From sequence record MN850633.1: a DNA stretch of 64,000 nucleotides; one strand, given 5' to 3'. The notes beneath the pieces were generated by a model, which saw only the letters and a program-made list of their open reading frames with translations, was not told the DNA's origin and did no database searches. This document shows, piece by piece, positions 9,402-16,246 of the stretch. This stretch comes from Escherichia phage allfine. A program made the translations under genes and the position numbers. Numbering within the stretch: position 1 is the first letter of the stretch; each line of letters begins with the position of its first letter.

Positions 9402-9959
9402 TTACTTTCTCAGTGGATGAATAAAGAATGCCAACATAACTCTTTCCCTTGAGAATGCTCTTTCTTCTGGGACAACACTTTTTAGTTTCCATCCAATATA
9501 AATTCTCCAGTAAAATTGTTTACCAAAGATTTTAATTGATGGGATAAAAGCGAATAATCCCCAAGCATTCCTGTTCCACATTAGGAGATAACCAGTCTGA
9601 TTATCTTCAGGGTTAGAACTTACGTTGATATTACCTTTCCACTTAGTAACATCTTTTACATCTCTTCCTAACACATGGTAAGAGAAGTTATAAGCTTTGT
9701 TTCTCCAGAGCCATCCAACTCTTTGCATGTAGACACCTAGTTTACCAATCCATCTAATATTAGCCCATCTTTTAACGTGACCTTCATCACCATCAATTGG
9801 GTTGTCATAGGTCTCCATCCATCTGAATCCAAAAGGTAGATGTCCTTTCTTCTCACTGTAGAATGGAACTACAAAAGGTGCTAAGATAACTGCTAAGATT
9901 GCTGCAAATGGCTCTAACAAAGCTAAGAAAATCCATGAAGCATACTTCAAATATCTCAT
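9402..9959 (-). CDS. hypothetical membrane protein (185 aa)
   Basis: ORF with strongly hydrophobic N-terminus (two predicted TM helices), Trp-rich; embedded in tRNA array. Confidence 0.45.
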   Translation of the reverse strand: MRYLKYASWIFLALLEPFAAILAVILAPFVVPFYSEKKGHLPFGFRWMETYDNPIDGDEGHVKRWANIRWIGKLGVYMQRVGWLWRNKAYNFSYHVLGRDVKDVTKWKGNINVSSNPEDNQTGYLLMWNRNAWGLFAFIPSIKIFGKQFYWRIYIGWKLKSVVPEERAFSRERVMLAFFIHPLRK

Positions 9960-9978
9960 CTAAATAGCCTCTTTAAAT

Positions 9979-10054
9979 TGGCGCAGGATAAGGGATTCGA
10001 ACCCCTATTAACAGCTTCGTAGACTGTTGCTCTATCCATTTGAACTAATCCTGC
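9979..10054 (-). tRNA. tRNA-Arg (ACG)
   Basis: Acceptor GCAGGAU/AUCCUGC, D-stem GUUC/GAGC, anticodon stem ACAGU/GCUGU loop CUACGAA, T-arm AGGGG-UUCGAAU-CCCUU, CCA. Confidence 0.8.
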
Positions 10055-10059
10055 AAAAT

Positions 10060-10137
10060 TGGTGTTCCAAGACGGATTCGAACCGTCACTAGTACAAGGT
10101 TTGAGCTTGCATCCTCTGCCAATTGGGATACTGGAAC
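10060..10137 (-). tRNA. tRNA-Leu (CAA)?, Leu-like D-loop, short variable region
   Basis: Acceptor GUUCCAG/UUGGAAC, anticodon stem GCAAG/CUUGU loop CUCAAAC, T-arm GACGG-UUCGAAU-CCGUC. Confidence 0.5.
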
Positions 10138-10138
10138 A

Positions 10139-10213
10139 TGGTACTCACTAAAGGACTTGAACCTTTTTCTTCATCTTGTAAGGGTGATGTTTTACCATAT
10201 AAACTAAGCGAGT
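10139..10213 (-). tRNA. tRNA-Val (UAC)
   Basis: Acceptor ACUCGCU/AGUGAGU, D-stem GUUU/AAAC, anticodon loop CUUACAA, T-arm AAAGG-UUCAAGU-CCUUU. Confidence 0.65.
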
Positions 10214-10306
10214 ATGAAAGAGGTCTGGAGTTGTGCCGCTAACTCAACTCCGTGGAATTTGTTACGGTCTTCAGTTGACTCAAAGCGGTCTTTCACTTGA
10301 CCTCTG
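10214..10306. ncRNA. structured non-tRNA element inside tRNA array (candidate small RNA)
   Basis: Terminal 7-bp pairing AGAGGUC/GACCUCU enclosing hairpin GGAGUUG...CAACUCC; no T-arm consensus; fills gap between tRNA-Val and tRNA-Thr. Confidence 0.3.
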
Positions 10307-10309
10307 AAT

Positions 10310-10386
10310 TGGTGCTGCTCACAGGACTCGAACCTGCATTTCCATCCTTACAAGGGATGTGTAATAGCCAATTATACGAAAGCAGC
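10310..10386 (-). tRNA. tRNA-Thr (UGU)
   Basis: Acceptor GCUGCUU/GAGCAGC, anticodon stem CAUCC/GGAUG loop CUUGUAA, T-arm GCAGG-UUCGAGU-CCUGU. Confidence 0.8.
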
Positions 10387-10392
10387 ATTGTT

Positions 10393-10467
10393 TGGAGCAT
10401 CCAGAGGGAATCGAACCCTCAACCTCAGTTTGGAAGACTGTAATTTTCCCGTTTAAACTATGGATGC
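10393..10467 (-). tRNA. tRNA-Gly (UCC)
   Basis: Acceptor GCAUCCA/UGGAUGC, D-stem GUUU/AAAU, anticodon loop CUUCCAA, T-arm GAGGG-UUCGAUU-CCCUC. Confidence 0.75.
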
Positions 10468-10473
10468 ACTAAT

Positions 10474-10549
10474 TGGTGGAGAAGCAGGGAATTGAACCCT
10501 GTACTTAAGTTTGCAAAACTTATGTTTTAACCATGTAAACTACATCCCC
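10474..10549 (-). tRNA. tRNA-Ala (UGC)
   Basis: Anticodon stem UAAGU/ACUUA loop UUUGCAA; acceptor carries the G3-U70 wobble pair characteristic of tRNA-Ala; T-arm CAGGG-UUCAAUU-CCCUG. Confidence 0.8.
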
Positions 10550-10555
10550 ATTGTT

Positions 10556-10631
10556 TGGTACAGGTGGAGGGAATTGAACCCATCGTCTTACTGATTAAGA
10601 GTCAGCCGCATAACCATTTTGCTACACCTGC
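10556..10631 (-). tRNA. tRNA-Lys (CUU)
   Basis: Acceptor GCAGGUG/CACCUGU, anticodon stem GCUGA/UCAGU loop CUCUUAA; paralogous to the tRNA at 11790-11865. Confidence 0.6.
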
Positions 10632-10638
10632 ATTAATT

Positions 10639-10716
10639 TGGTAGGAGACAAGGGATTCGAACCCTCAAACATCTCGTTCTAAGCGAGATAGGTTTACCAA
10701 TTACCGTCAATCTCCC
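10639..10716 (-). tRNA. tRNA-Leu (UAG)?, atypical
   Basis: Acceptor GGGAGAU/GUCUCCU, anticodon stem UCUCG/CGAGA loop CUUAGAA, T-arm GAGGG-UUCGAAU-CCCUU; D-arm irregular. Confidence 0.5.
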
Positions 10717-10975
10717 ATTAAATCTTTTTAGAGAACTTCTAAGAACCTAAGCAACAAGGTTCCACAACAAGCTGTAATAACCTTAGAAGCCCTCTAAAAA
10801 GACCTAAAAAGGTCTTTGCATAGTCTTGTTTAATCCGGTGACTAGAACCTTTGGAGAGCTTGATATTATCTCTTCTCCGTGACACCTACTAGGTGCTTTA
10901 CTGTGCGTGTACGACAATACACTAGGGATACCAAAGCAACATCCGAATGAAGCTTGGCTTTAAATCTTATTAGGC

Positions 10976-11061
10976 GGTAAGTAAAGGAGTCGAACCCTCA
11001 CCGTATCTCTACAGTGGCAACTGTTTTCAAGACAGTTTGGCTACCATTAGCCGCTACCTAC
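10976..11061 (-). tRNA. tRNA-Ser (UGA), type II
   Basis: Anticodon stem ACUGU/ACAGU loop CUUGAAA, long variable arm, acceptor GUAGGUA/UACUUAC; boundaries approximate. Confidence 0.6.
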
Positions 11062-11075
11062 CCCTAATAAGACTT

Positions 11076-11158
11076 TGGCATGGGACGGAGGAGTTGAACC
11101 ACTTTGAAACGGTTTTGGAGGCCGTTGCTCATGCCTTAGAGTCTTAACATCGTCCCAC
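11076..11158 (-). tRNA. tRNA-like, possible tRNA-Trp (CCA), atypical 5-prime half
   Basis: Acceptor GUGGGAC/GUCCCAU with encoded CCA, anticodon-like arm ACGGC-CUCCAAA-ACCGU, about 7 extra nt in D region. Confidence 0.4.
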
Positions 11159-11301
11159 ACTATAATTCGAAGCTTACCGTATTTTCACAACACTGTAAAG
11201 CCCCTTCTCAGATTATTTACATGTTCTGGAAAACATGAGATACAGACCACCTCCTTACACGGAGACCCGATAAGGTCGTCTAAGTAATCTGCTAACTAAA
11301 T

Positions 11302-11383
11302 TGGTCGAGGCGGCAGGACTCGAACCCGCATACTCCACTTACTCGGTTAACGGCGGTTTAGAAGACCGCTGAGATACGCCCCG
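11302..11383 (-). tRNA. tRNA-like, possible tRNA-Arg (UCU), lacks canonical D-arm
   Basis: Good T-arm GCGGG-UUCGAGU-CCUGC and acceptor CGGGGCG/CGCCUCG plus CCA; anticodon arm GCGGU-CUUCUAA-ACCGC directly after acceptor; 23-nt extra segment. Confidence 0.4.
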
Positions 11384-11631
11384 TAATTATCTTTAAAGAC
11401 TCTCTTAGAAAGCCCTTAAAGATGCCCACCTTATTAATCATACCGTGGGCTAGTACGCCAAATTCTTTGATGAGGGATTGGAAGACCTCACTGGTGTTTA
11501 GCCTATCAAGCTACTGCCAGAAAAACATTGTCGTTTGCATTTATTTTAAATTTGCAAAATAGACGCTACGCAACGAAAACTAAGGTTACTATAAAGTAGT
11601 CACATCTCAATGTCAACAACTTTATTGAAAT

Positions 11632-11707
11632 TGGTACTGGTAGGTGGAATCGAACCACCGATGTTCCCTTATCAGGGGAGTGTTATAACCTTCTTAACTA
11701 TACCAGC
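11632..11707 (-). tRNA. tRNA-Ile (GAU)
   Basis: Acceptor GCUGGUA/UACCAGU, D-stem GUUA/UAAC, anticodon loop CUGAUAA, T-arm GGUGG-UUCGAUU-CCACC. Confidence 0.75.
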
Positions 11708-11708
11708 T

Positions 11709-11785
11709 TGGAGGTTCAGATGGGAATCGAACCCACATTCATAGGGCTTATGAGACCCTTGCATTACCTTATCTGCGACTGAACC
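11709..11785 (-). tRNA. tRNA-Met (CAU), elongator-type acceptor
   Basis: Acceptor GGUUCAG/CUGAACC, anticodon stem AGGGU/GCCCU loop CUCAUAA, T-arm GUGGG-UUCGAUU-CCCAU. Confidence 0.75.
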
Positions 11786-11789
11786 ATAT

Positions 11790-11865
11790 TGGTAGAAGTG
11801 GAGGGATTCGAACCCATCGCCTGTCAGATTAAAAGTCTGCCGCATAACCATTTTGCTACACTTCC
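11790..11865 (-). tRNA. tRNA-Lys (UUU)
   Basis: Acceptor GGAAGUG/CACUUCU, anticodon loop CUUUUAA, D region identical to tRNA-Lys(CUU) paralog. Confidence 0.65.
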
Positions 11866-12122
11866 ATTAAATTACCTTTGTAGATAAGCTACCCAGACTT
11901 GCTTAAGGTCTGTAGCGATGTGCCTTGTTGGGTTTAAATCTAGAATTTACCCTTTCACCCTTTGTGGTCGCATACTCACAGGTAAGCTTAATAACTTATC
12001 TACAAAGATAATTACCAGACCGTTGTTTATCATCTTAAGTGCTACCATTACACCAACTCGACATCTGCCGAGTGAAGGAATCGAACCTTCGCCTTTTCTT
12101 TACCGGAGAAATAGATTGTTTA

Positions 12123-12152
12123 AGTTTTGCTGTAAACGGTCTTCTGTAAATT
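12123..12152. repeat. repeat motif TTGCTGTAA-N2-GGTCTTCTGTAAA, copy 1 of 4 in tRNA array
   Basis: Near-identical copies at about 12205-12232, 12596-12629 and 12763-12790; CCAGACC partner forms long-range inverted repeat with GGTCTTCTG. Confidence 0.5.
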
Positions 12153-12204
12153 TGTTGAGCCAGACCAAGTTTTAAATTTTCAAAATTAAATTGGCTTGAA
12201 ATTT

Positions 12205-12232
12205 CATACATTCTTGCTGTATTTGGTCTTCT
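12205..12232. repeat. repeat motif copy 2 (TTGCTGTATTTGGTCTTCTG)
   Basis: Shares core with copies at 12123, 12596, 12763; upstream partner CCAGACCAAG at about 12163. Confidence 0.45.
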
Positions 12233-12294
12233 GCTCCTTTAAAGAATACTCGTAAGAACTCTTTAAGGGAGGGGCTAAATAGCCCTCTCAAAAT

Positions 12295-12371
12295 TGGCGG
12301 CTACGATGAGACTTGAACTCACATCATCTCCCGTGACAGGGGAGTATTTTCTCCAGTTAAACTACATAGCC
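12295..12371 (-). tRNA. tRNA-Asp (GUC)
   Basis: Acceptor GGCUAUG/CGUAGCC, anticodon stem CUCCC/GGGAG loop CUGUCAC, T-arm GUGAG-UUCAAGU-CUCAU, CCA encoded. Confidence 0.85.
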
Positions 12372-12376
12372 TTTAT

Positions 12377-12464
12377 TGGTGTGCCGTGTAGGAGTCGAAC
12401 CTACCGAGTCTCAATGACAAGGGATTTACAGTCCCCACCGCTACCATCTACGGGATAACGACAC
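12377..12464 (-). tRNA. tRNA-Tyr (GUA), type II
   Basis: Acceptor GUGUCGU/ACGGCAC, anticodon stem GGGGA/UCCCU loop CUGUAAA, long variable arm, T-arm GUAGG-UUCGACU-CCUAC. Confidence 0.75.
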
Positions 12465-12476
12465 ATTTAAATTTTG

Positions 12477-12550
12477 CGGTTAGTCAGGGATTCGAACCCT
12501 GTGCCATTCGCTTAACAGGCGACCGCACATACCTTATGTGCTTCCTAACC
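12477..12550 (-). tRNA. tRNA-Asn (GUU)
   Basis: D-stem GCAC/GUGC, anticodon loop CUGUUAA, T-arm CAGGG-UUCGAAU-CCCUG; CCA not encoded. Confidence 0.75.
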
Positions 12551-12595
12551 TTAATACATTGCCAGACCGTGTTTTTCTTTTATCCGCAAAAAGTA

Positions 12596-12629
12596 GTTTG
12601 TTGCTGAATACGGTCTTCTGTAAATTTGG
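12596..12629. repeat. repeat motif copy 3 (TTGTTGCTGAATACGGTCTTCTGTAAATTTGG) with upstream CCAGACCG partner at about 12571
   Basis: Same core as 12123 and 12763 copies. Confidence 0.5.
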
Positions 12630-12703
12630 AGGCGGGTGCAGGAGTCGAACCTGCCGATACCATGCTAATGAGACATGTGAGACGCCCTTTCTCTATACCC
12701 GCA
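12627..12703 (-). tRNA. tRNA-Met or Ile2 (CAU)
   Basis: Anticodon stem CAUGU/GCAUG loop CUCAUUA, D-stem GAGA/UCUC, T-arm GCAGG-UUCGACU-CCUGC; position 1-72 mismatch in one register. Confidence 0.6.
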
Positions 12704-12762
12704 ATTCTTAATGACCAGACCAAATATCTTCTTTGTCCGATTTCGTGTCAGATGAGTAGATT

Positions 12763-12790
12763 AAGTTTGCTGTAATTGGTCTTCTGTCAA
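12763..12790. repeat. repeat motif copy 4 (TTGCTGTAATTGGTCTTCTGTCAAAA) with upstream CCAGACCAA partner at about 12714
   Basis: Same core as other copies; on minus strand reads TTGACAGAAGACC. Confidence 0.5.
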
Positions 12791-12793
12791 AAC

Positions 12794-12871
12794 TGGCGTT
12801 CCAGAAGGGATTTGAACCCTCAAATATCCACTTTGAAAGAGTGGTGACTTTACCATTTTGTCTACTGGAAC
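12794..12871 (-). tRNA. tRNA-Glu (UUC)
   Basis: Acceptor GUUCCAG/CUGGAAC, anticodon stem CCACU/AGUGG loop CUUUCAA, T-arm GAGGG-UUCAAAU-CCCUU, CCA. Confidence 0.8.
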
Positions 12872-12878
12872 ATTAATT

Positions 12879-12955
12879 TGGTCTCTGTTGGAGGACTTGA
12901 ACCTCCGGCCTTACCGCCCCAAACGGAACGCTCTACCAAGCTGAGCTAAACAGAG
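12879..12955 (-). tRNA. tRNA-Pro (UGG)
   Basis: Acceptor CUCUGUU/AACAGAG with C1-G72 typical of bacterial tRNA-Pro, D-stem GCUC/GAGC, anticodon loop UUUGGGG, T-arm GGAGG-UUCAAGU-CCUCC. Confidence 0.8.
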
Positions 12956-13072
12956 ATAAATTTTTCAAACTCTATGTAACCACTTTAACATTATTTTTTA
13001 GTGATTGTCAAGAACTTTTTTAAAATATCTTTCAGTATCTTAGAAAAGCTCTCGTTTCGTTTCTATGTAGAA

Positions 13073-13101
13073 CATATTAAAGGGTATTAAACACATTGTC
13101 A
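13073..13101 (-). promoter_or_regulatory. sigma70-like promoter TTGACA-N17-TAATAT with hairpin in spacer, facing tRNA array
   Basis: Minus strand reads GTATTGACAatgtgtttaatacccttTAATATG; 9-bp inverted repeat AAGGGTATT/AATACCCTT overlaps spacer; about 110 nt upstream of first tRNA. Confidence 0.5.
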
Positions 13102-13120
13102 ATACCCTTTTTAAAACTTT

Positions 13121-14536
13121 TTACCAGATGTAACGGTCAATCATTACTGCTTTGAGCATTACGCTGATTGGGTCAAACTTCTCACCACCAAGCAGAGCTT
13201 TTAAAGTGGCTGGAGAGAACCCTGATACCATTGCTACACCGTTATCCTTAACAGATACTTCGCAAGTACCATTACGGTTTGCTAAGTACCAGAATACCAG
13301 TTGTGGCATCTCATATCCAGCTTTTTTGTACTTACTCTGAATTGCTTCAAAGTTTGTACGACCGTTAGCTCCATCAACCTGATTGAACTCCATATCGGAG
13401 AAGATGATAAGCTTACTTGGCATATCTTTCTGAGTCAAGTTGTTTCTTTTACCTGTTTCAAGAATGCGGTCAAAAGCTGCTTGTAAGTTAGTTGAGCCAT
13501 ATTCAACGTGTCGCATCACCTGACGATGACGGTTTCGTAAATCACCACTCAGTTCGATGAAGTGAGGGTTTGTTGAGTAAACCATTAACTCATTCTTAAA
13601 GCAACCAGTATTGCGTTCTGCTACATACAAGGCAAGTGATACACCAATATCAAGGGCAGTGATTGAACCAAGATTCACCCAAGACATTGAGCTTGAAACA
13701 TCGGTCATACACAAGATGTTCTCACCTTCTGCCATCCAGTTTGGTAGTGCTTTCCACTGCTCATTGGCAACATCTGCATTACCATGCTTGATAGACTTAA
13801 TCACATCGTATGGGTAAACAGCACCAGCGTTAATCTTAGCCTCACCCTTTGAGAGTGATTCGATGTAAGCTTTGTAACGTTCTCCATCTTTACGGTTAAA
13901 GAGCTTTTGGTAACGTGCAGCAGCGAGTGAAGGAATCTTGCTGTAGTCAATCTTACCAAACTCATTAGCAGAGATTTTTTGCTCAACTGTATCAGATAGT
14001 GCAGACAACAGTGTGCGGTACTCTTTCTCACTCAAGTTGGCAAACTTGCAGAAACGTTTTATAAACTGCTTATGACGTGGTTTGACTCGTGGTAACCACT
14101 TAGCCGCCAAACCTGCTGTTGCAGGGTCTAGTAATGCTGCTTCTAGATGTTTGAAGGCATCTGTCTCGAAACGAGTACCTACGAAGATTTTGAAGTCATC
14201 AAAACGACCAAGTTCTGCAATCTTATCCATAATGCGAAGAACCTGCGTAGGCTCTAAAACTTTGTCTTCAATCGCTTGAAGTAAAACAGTTCTGAAGGCT
14301 TTACGCTCACCCATACCTTCTCGTACATCTCGCATATGAAGCAAAATACGAACTGCAACATCAACATCCTCACGCAAAGCTTTGTAGAACAGGTCTGGTA
14401 AGATTTCTACGTTGCTACGGCTTGAACCAGCAGCTTTGTAAAAGTCTACAAGAGCAGACATTGATGAAGTATGGTTTACAGCACCATTTTCAGTTCGACC
14501 TGCATGAAGGTGCGCATGTTTAAATAATTCGCTCAT
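13121..14536 (-). CDS. vWA-domain protein, possibly TROVE/Ro60-like (471 aa)
   Basis: MIDAS-type motif MTDVSSSM followed about 100 aa later by LIIFSDMEF beta strand (vWA fold) in C-terminal third; N-terminal 270 aa helical; co-directional and immediately upstream of tRNA/tRNA-like array. Confidence 0.5.
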   Translation of the reverse strand: MSELFKHAHLHAGRTENGAVNHTSSMSALVDFYKAAGSSRSNVEILPDLFYKALREDVDVAVRILLHMRDVREGMGERKAFRTVLLQAIEDKVLEPTQVLRIMDKIAELGRFDDFKIFVGTRFETDAFKHLEAALLDPATAGLAAKWLPRVKPRHKQFIKRFCKFANLSEKEYRTLLSALSDTVEQKISANEFGKIDYSKIPSLAAARYQKLFNRKDGERYKAYIESLSKGEAKINAGAVYPYDVIKSIKHGNADVANEQWKALPNWMAEGENILCMTDVSSSMSWVNLGSITALDIGVSLALYVAERNTGCFKNELMVYSTNPHFIELSGDLRNRHRQVMRHVEYGSTNLQAAFDRILETGKRNNLTQKDMPSKLIIFSDMEFNQVDGANGRTNFEAIQSKYKKAGYEMPQLVFWYLANRNGTCEVSVKDNGVAMVSGFSPATLKALLGGEKFDPISVMLKAVMIDRYIW

Positions 14537-14617
14537 ATTTTACTCTCTTCTCTCATTTGTTTGTTGATGTGACAGACTTTAGAGCAACTTTGTAGAGTCT
14601 GTCAACACCTTTTAAAA

Positions 14618-14989
14618 TTATTTTTTGAGAGTCGCTACAGCAGAGAACGTTGGTTTGTTATCTGTCTGAGACTGACCACCATTATCAGGGGTCTTCTTAG
14701 TGTCTGCTGCAATCGCTTTCATCTCACCTGCTGAGTGAGTCATGATGGTTTTACCAGCCTCCATCATCGACTTCAGGTTTACATCGTCAGTCGTCAAACC
14801 GAACTCTGCAAGCTTAGCAGCATCCCTTGTAACAACCGCCTCAAACAACTTTGCAGCAAACTCAGCAGAATTATCAATGGTCAGTTGAGCTTTTACAAGT
14901 GAGCTTTTGTTACGAGAGCCTTTTGGTCTTCCAGATGGGTTTCCAGACTGGCCTTTTTTAAACTGGCCTTTGTTTGTTCTGTTTTTCAT
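14618..14989 (-). CDS. hypothetical basic protein with GNPSGRPKG motif (123 aa)
   Basis: N-terminal KGQSGNPSGRPKGS motif seen in small phage DNA-binding proteins; first gene of minus-strand unit. Confidence 0.5.
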   Translation of the reverse strand: MKNRTNKGQFKKGQSGNPSGRPKGSRNKSSLVKAQLTIDNSAEFAAKLFEAVVTRDAAKLAEFGLTTDDVNLKSMMEAGKTIMTHSAGEMKAIAADTKKTPDNGGQSQTDNKPTFSAVATLKK

Positions 14990-15116
14990 TGGTATGCCTC
15001 TTATAAGACCTCTTAAAAGGCTTTTAAGATAAAAGATAGATATCCAGAAAGATATCTGTTTAAATAGCCTTTTTAGAGGAACCTTTTAAGTTATCTTCTA
15101 AGTATTTATAAGCCTA

Positions 15117-15138
15117 CACCTTGTCAAGTACTTTGTCA
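15117..15138. promoter_or_regulatory. conserved 22-bp motif CCTTGTCAAGTACTTTGTCAAC at strand-switch region
   Basis: Near-identical copy at 60186-60207 in the other divergent region; contains two TTGTCAA half-sites around AGTAC; related shorter variants in array cassettes. Confidence 0.45.
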
Positions 15139-15160
15139 ACAACTTTTTTAACTTGCAATA

Positions 15161-15189
15161 GTTCTTGACTTGTTGTATGGATTACTGTA
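15161..15189 (+). promoter_or_regulatory. candidate promoter TTGACT-N17-TACCAT for plus-strand small-gene block
   Basis: -35-like TTGACT and weak -10 about 50 nt upstream of first plus-strand ORF. Confidence 0.3.
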
Positions 15190-15238
15190 CCATCTTACTT
15201 AAAGCTGTAGGTCTGCCTTGTTCTACAAAGGAGACTTA

Positions 15239-15400
15239 ATGAGAAAATCAAACAACCCGAAGAAAGGTAAAAATACCAATCACTGTAAGGAATCAAAAAG
15301 GGTAGAGTTACTCTACTATTCATCCTCTGAAATTGGTCTGTACCTGTTCTTTCAAAATTACAGAAGACAAGAGGATTATCTATGTGTAGTTCCCAATTAG
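15239..15400 (+). CDS. hypothetical small basic protein (53 aa)
   Basis: ATG at 15239 preceded by AAGGAGA Shine-Dalgarno; track ORF 15218 used an upstream alternative start. Confidence 0.4.
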   Translation: MRKSNNPKKGKNTNHCKESKRVELLYYSSSEIGLYLFFQNYRRQEDYLCVVPN

Positions 15401-15615
15401 AAATCGCAGATATTATAGATTTATATCAAACTGCAAAGAGTCATGGCTATATAACCTCAATTGGAAAGAATAGTCACTATGATGCTTTGACTGGAATGTA
15501 TTTCAGGGCAATGGCTCAATCTAGTGAACAACACTTAATGGTTTCTTCCAGTGAGTTTACTTCGTTTCTCTATTGCAGCAAAATTATAAATCGCAGGAGA
15601 ACTGAAAAATGTTAA
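15382..15615 (+). CDS. hypothetical protein (77 aa)
   Basis: ORF in tightly packed plus-strand block. Confidence 0.4.
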   Translation: MCSSQLEIADIIDLYQTAKSHGYITSIGKNSHYDALTGMYFRAMAQSSEQHLMVSSSEFTSFLYCSKIINRRRTEKC

Positions 15616-16199
15616 CAGTAAGTTTTAATTACAATAGTGATGGCTCTGTATCAATTAACTCACCTTATGCAAATGACCTACTTAAAGAGCTAGTCAATCA
15701 GTGTGAGAGGGGTCTTCACTATGTTCAAAATTCTTTTAAACAGAAGACTATTGCTAATAACTTGATGCGTGTAACAGTGACGGCATCGAATCCAAATTAT
15801 GACTTTGATAGCGAAAGTCCGTACTCATTAGTTGCGCTTGGAGAGAGCAGCCAATTCAAACTTGTTTGCCACGACTCAGAAACATTTCTTAAGGTATTTT
15901 CCAACCTTATCCATAATAATAAGTACAGCTACGTTGATGGTAGTGTAAACTTCTATCCAGCAAACTATACATGTTTGTTGGTTGATAATATGAGAAAAAG
16001 TAAGCAAGAGCCTACAGAAATTTCATTTGATGTGAACTCTAGTCCAGACGCAGAAACAAGTAAGAACTTTGATATGAGTTACGCATTGTCACTCAGTAAG
16101 AAATCCGAGTTCATTGATTATGTCAATGGATTTGGTTTTAAGTTTGATGAGAGTATGAATCTTAAAAAACTTAAGAACCTACTTAAGACCAAAGCTTAA
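15609..16199 (+). CDS. hypothetical protein (196 aa)
   Basis: ORF overlapping upstream stop; no known motif. Confidence 0.5.
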   Translation: MLTVSFNYNSDGSVSINSPYANDLLKELVNQCERGLHYVQNSFKQKTIANNLMRVTVTASNPNYDFDSESPYSLVALGESSQFKLVCHDSETFLKVFSNLIHNNKYSYVDGSVNFYPANYTCLLVDNMRKSKQEPTEISFDVNSSPDAETSKNFDMSYALSLSKKSEFIDYVNGFGFKFDESMNLKKLKNLLKTKA

Positions 16200-16246
16200 G
16201 TGTGAATAGGGGCTGATGCCCCTTTAACTATTTATAAGGATATTTA

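Noticed and set aside
12056-12095. Apparent tRNA T-arm (GAAGG-UUCGAUU-CCUUC) that could mark another tRNA gene
   Set aside because: No complementary 5-prime acceptor strand within 100 nt; the would-be acceptor strand pairs with the adjacent downstream sequence instead, so it is a tandem hairpin element, not a tRNA
11918-12175. 85-aa plus-strand ORF inside the tRNA array
   Set aside because: Overlaps tRNA-like and repeat elements on the opposite strand, low-complexity sequence, no RBS; most likely spurious
15218-15400. Track start at 15218 for the first plus-strand ORF
   Set aside because: Relies on a non-ATG start; an ATG at 15239 with a well-spaced AAGGAGA RBS is preferred
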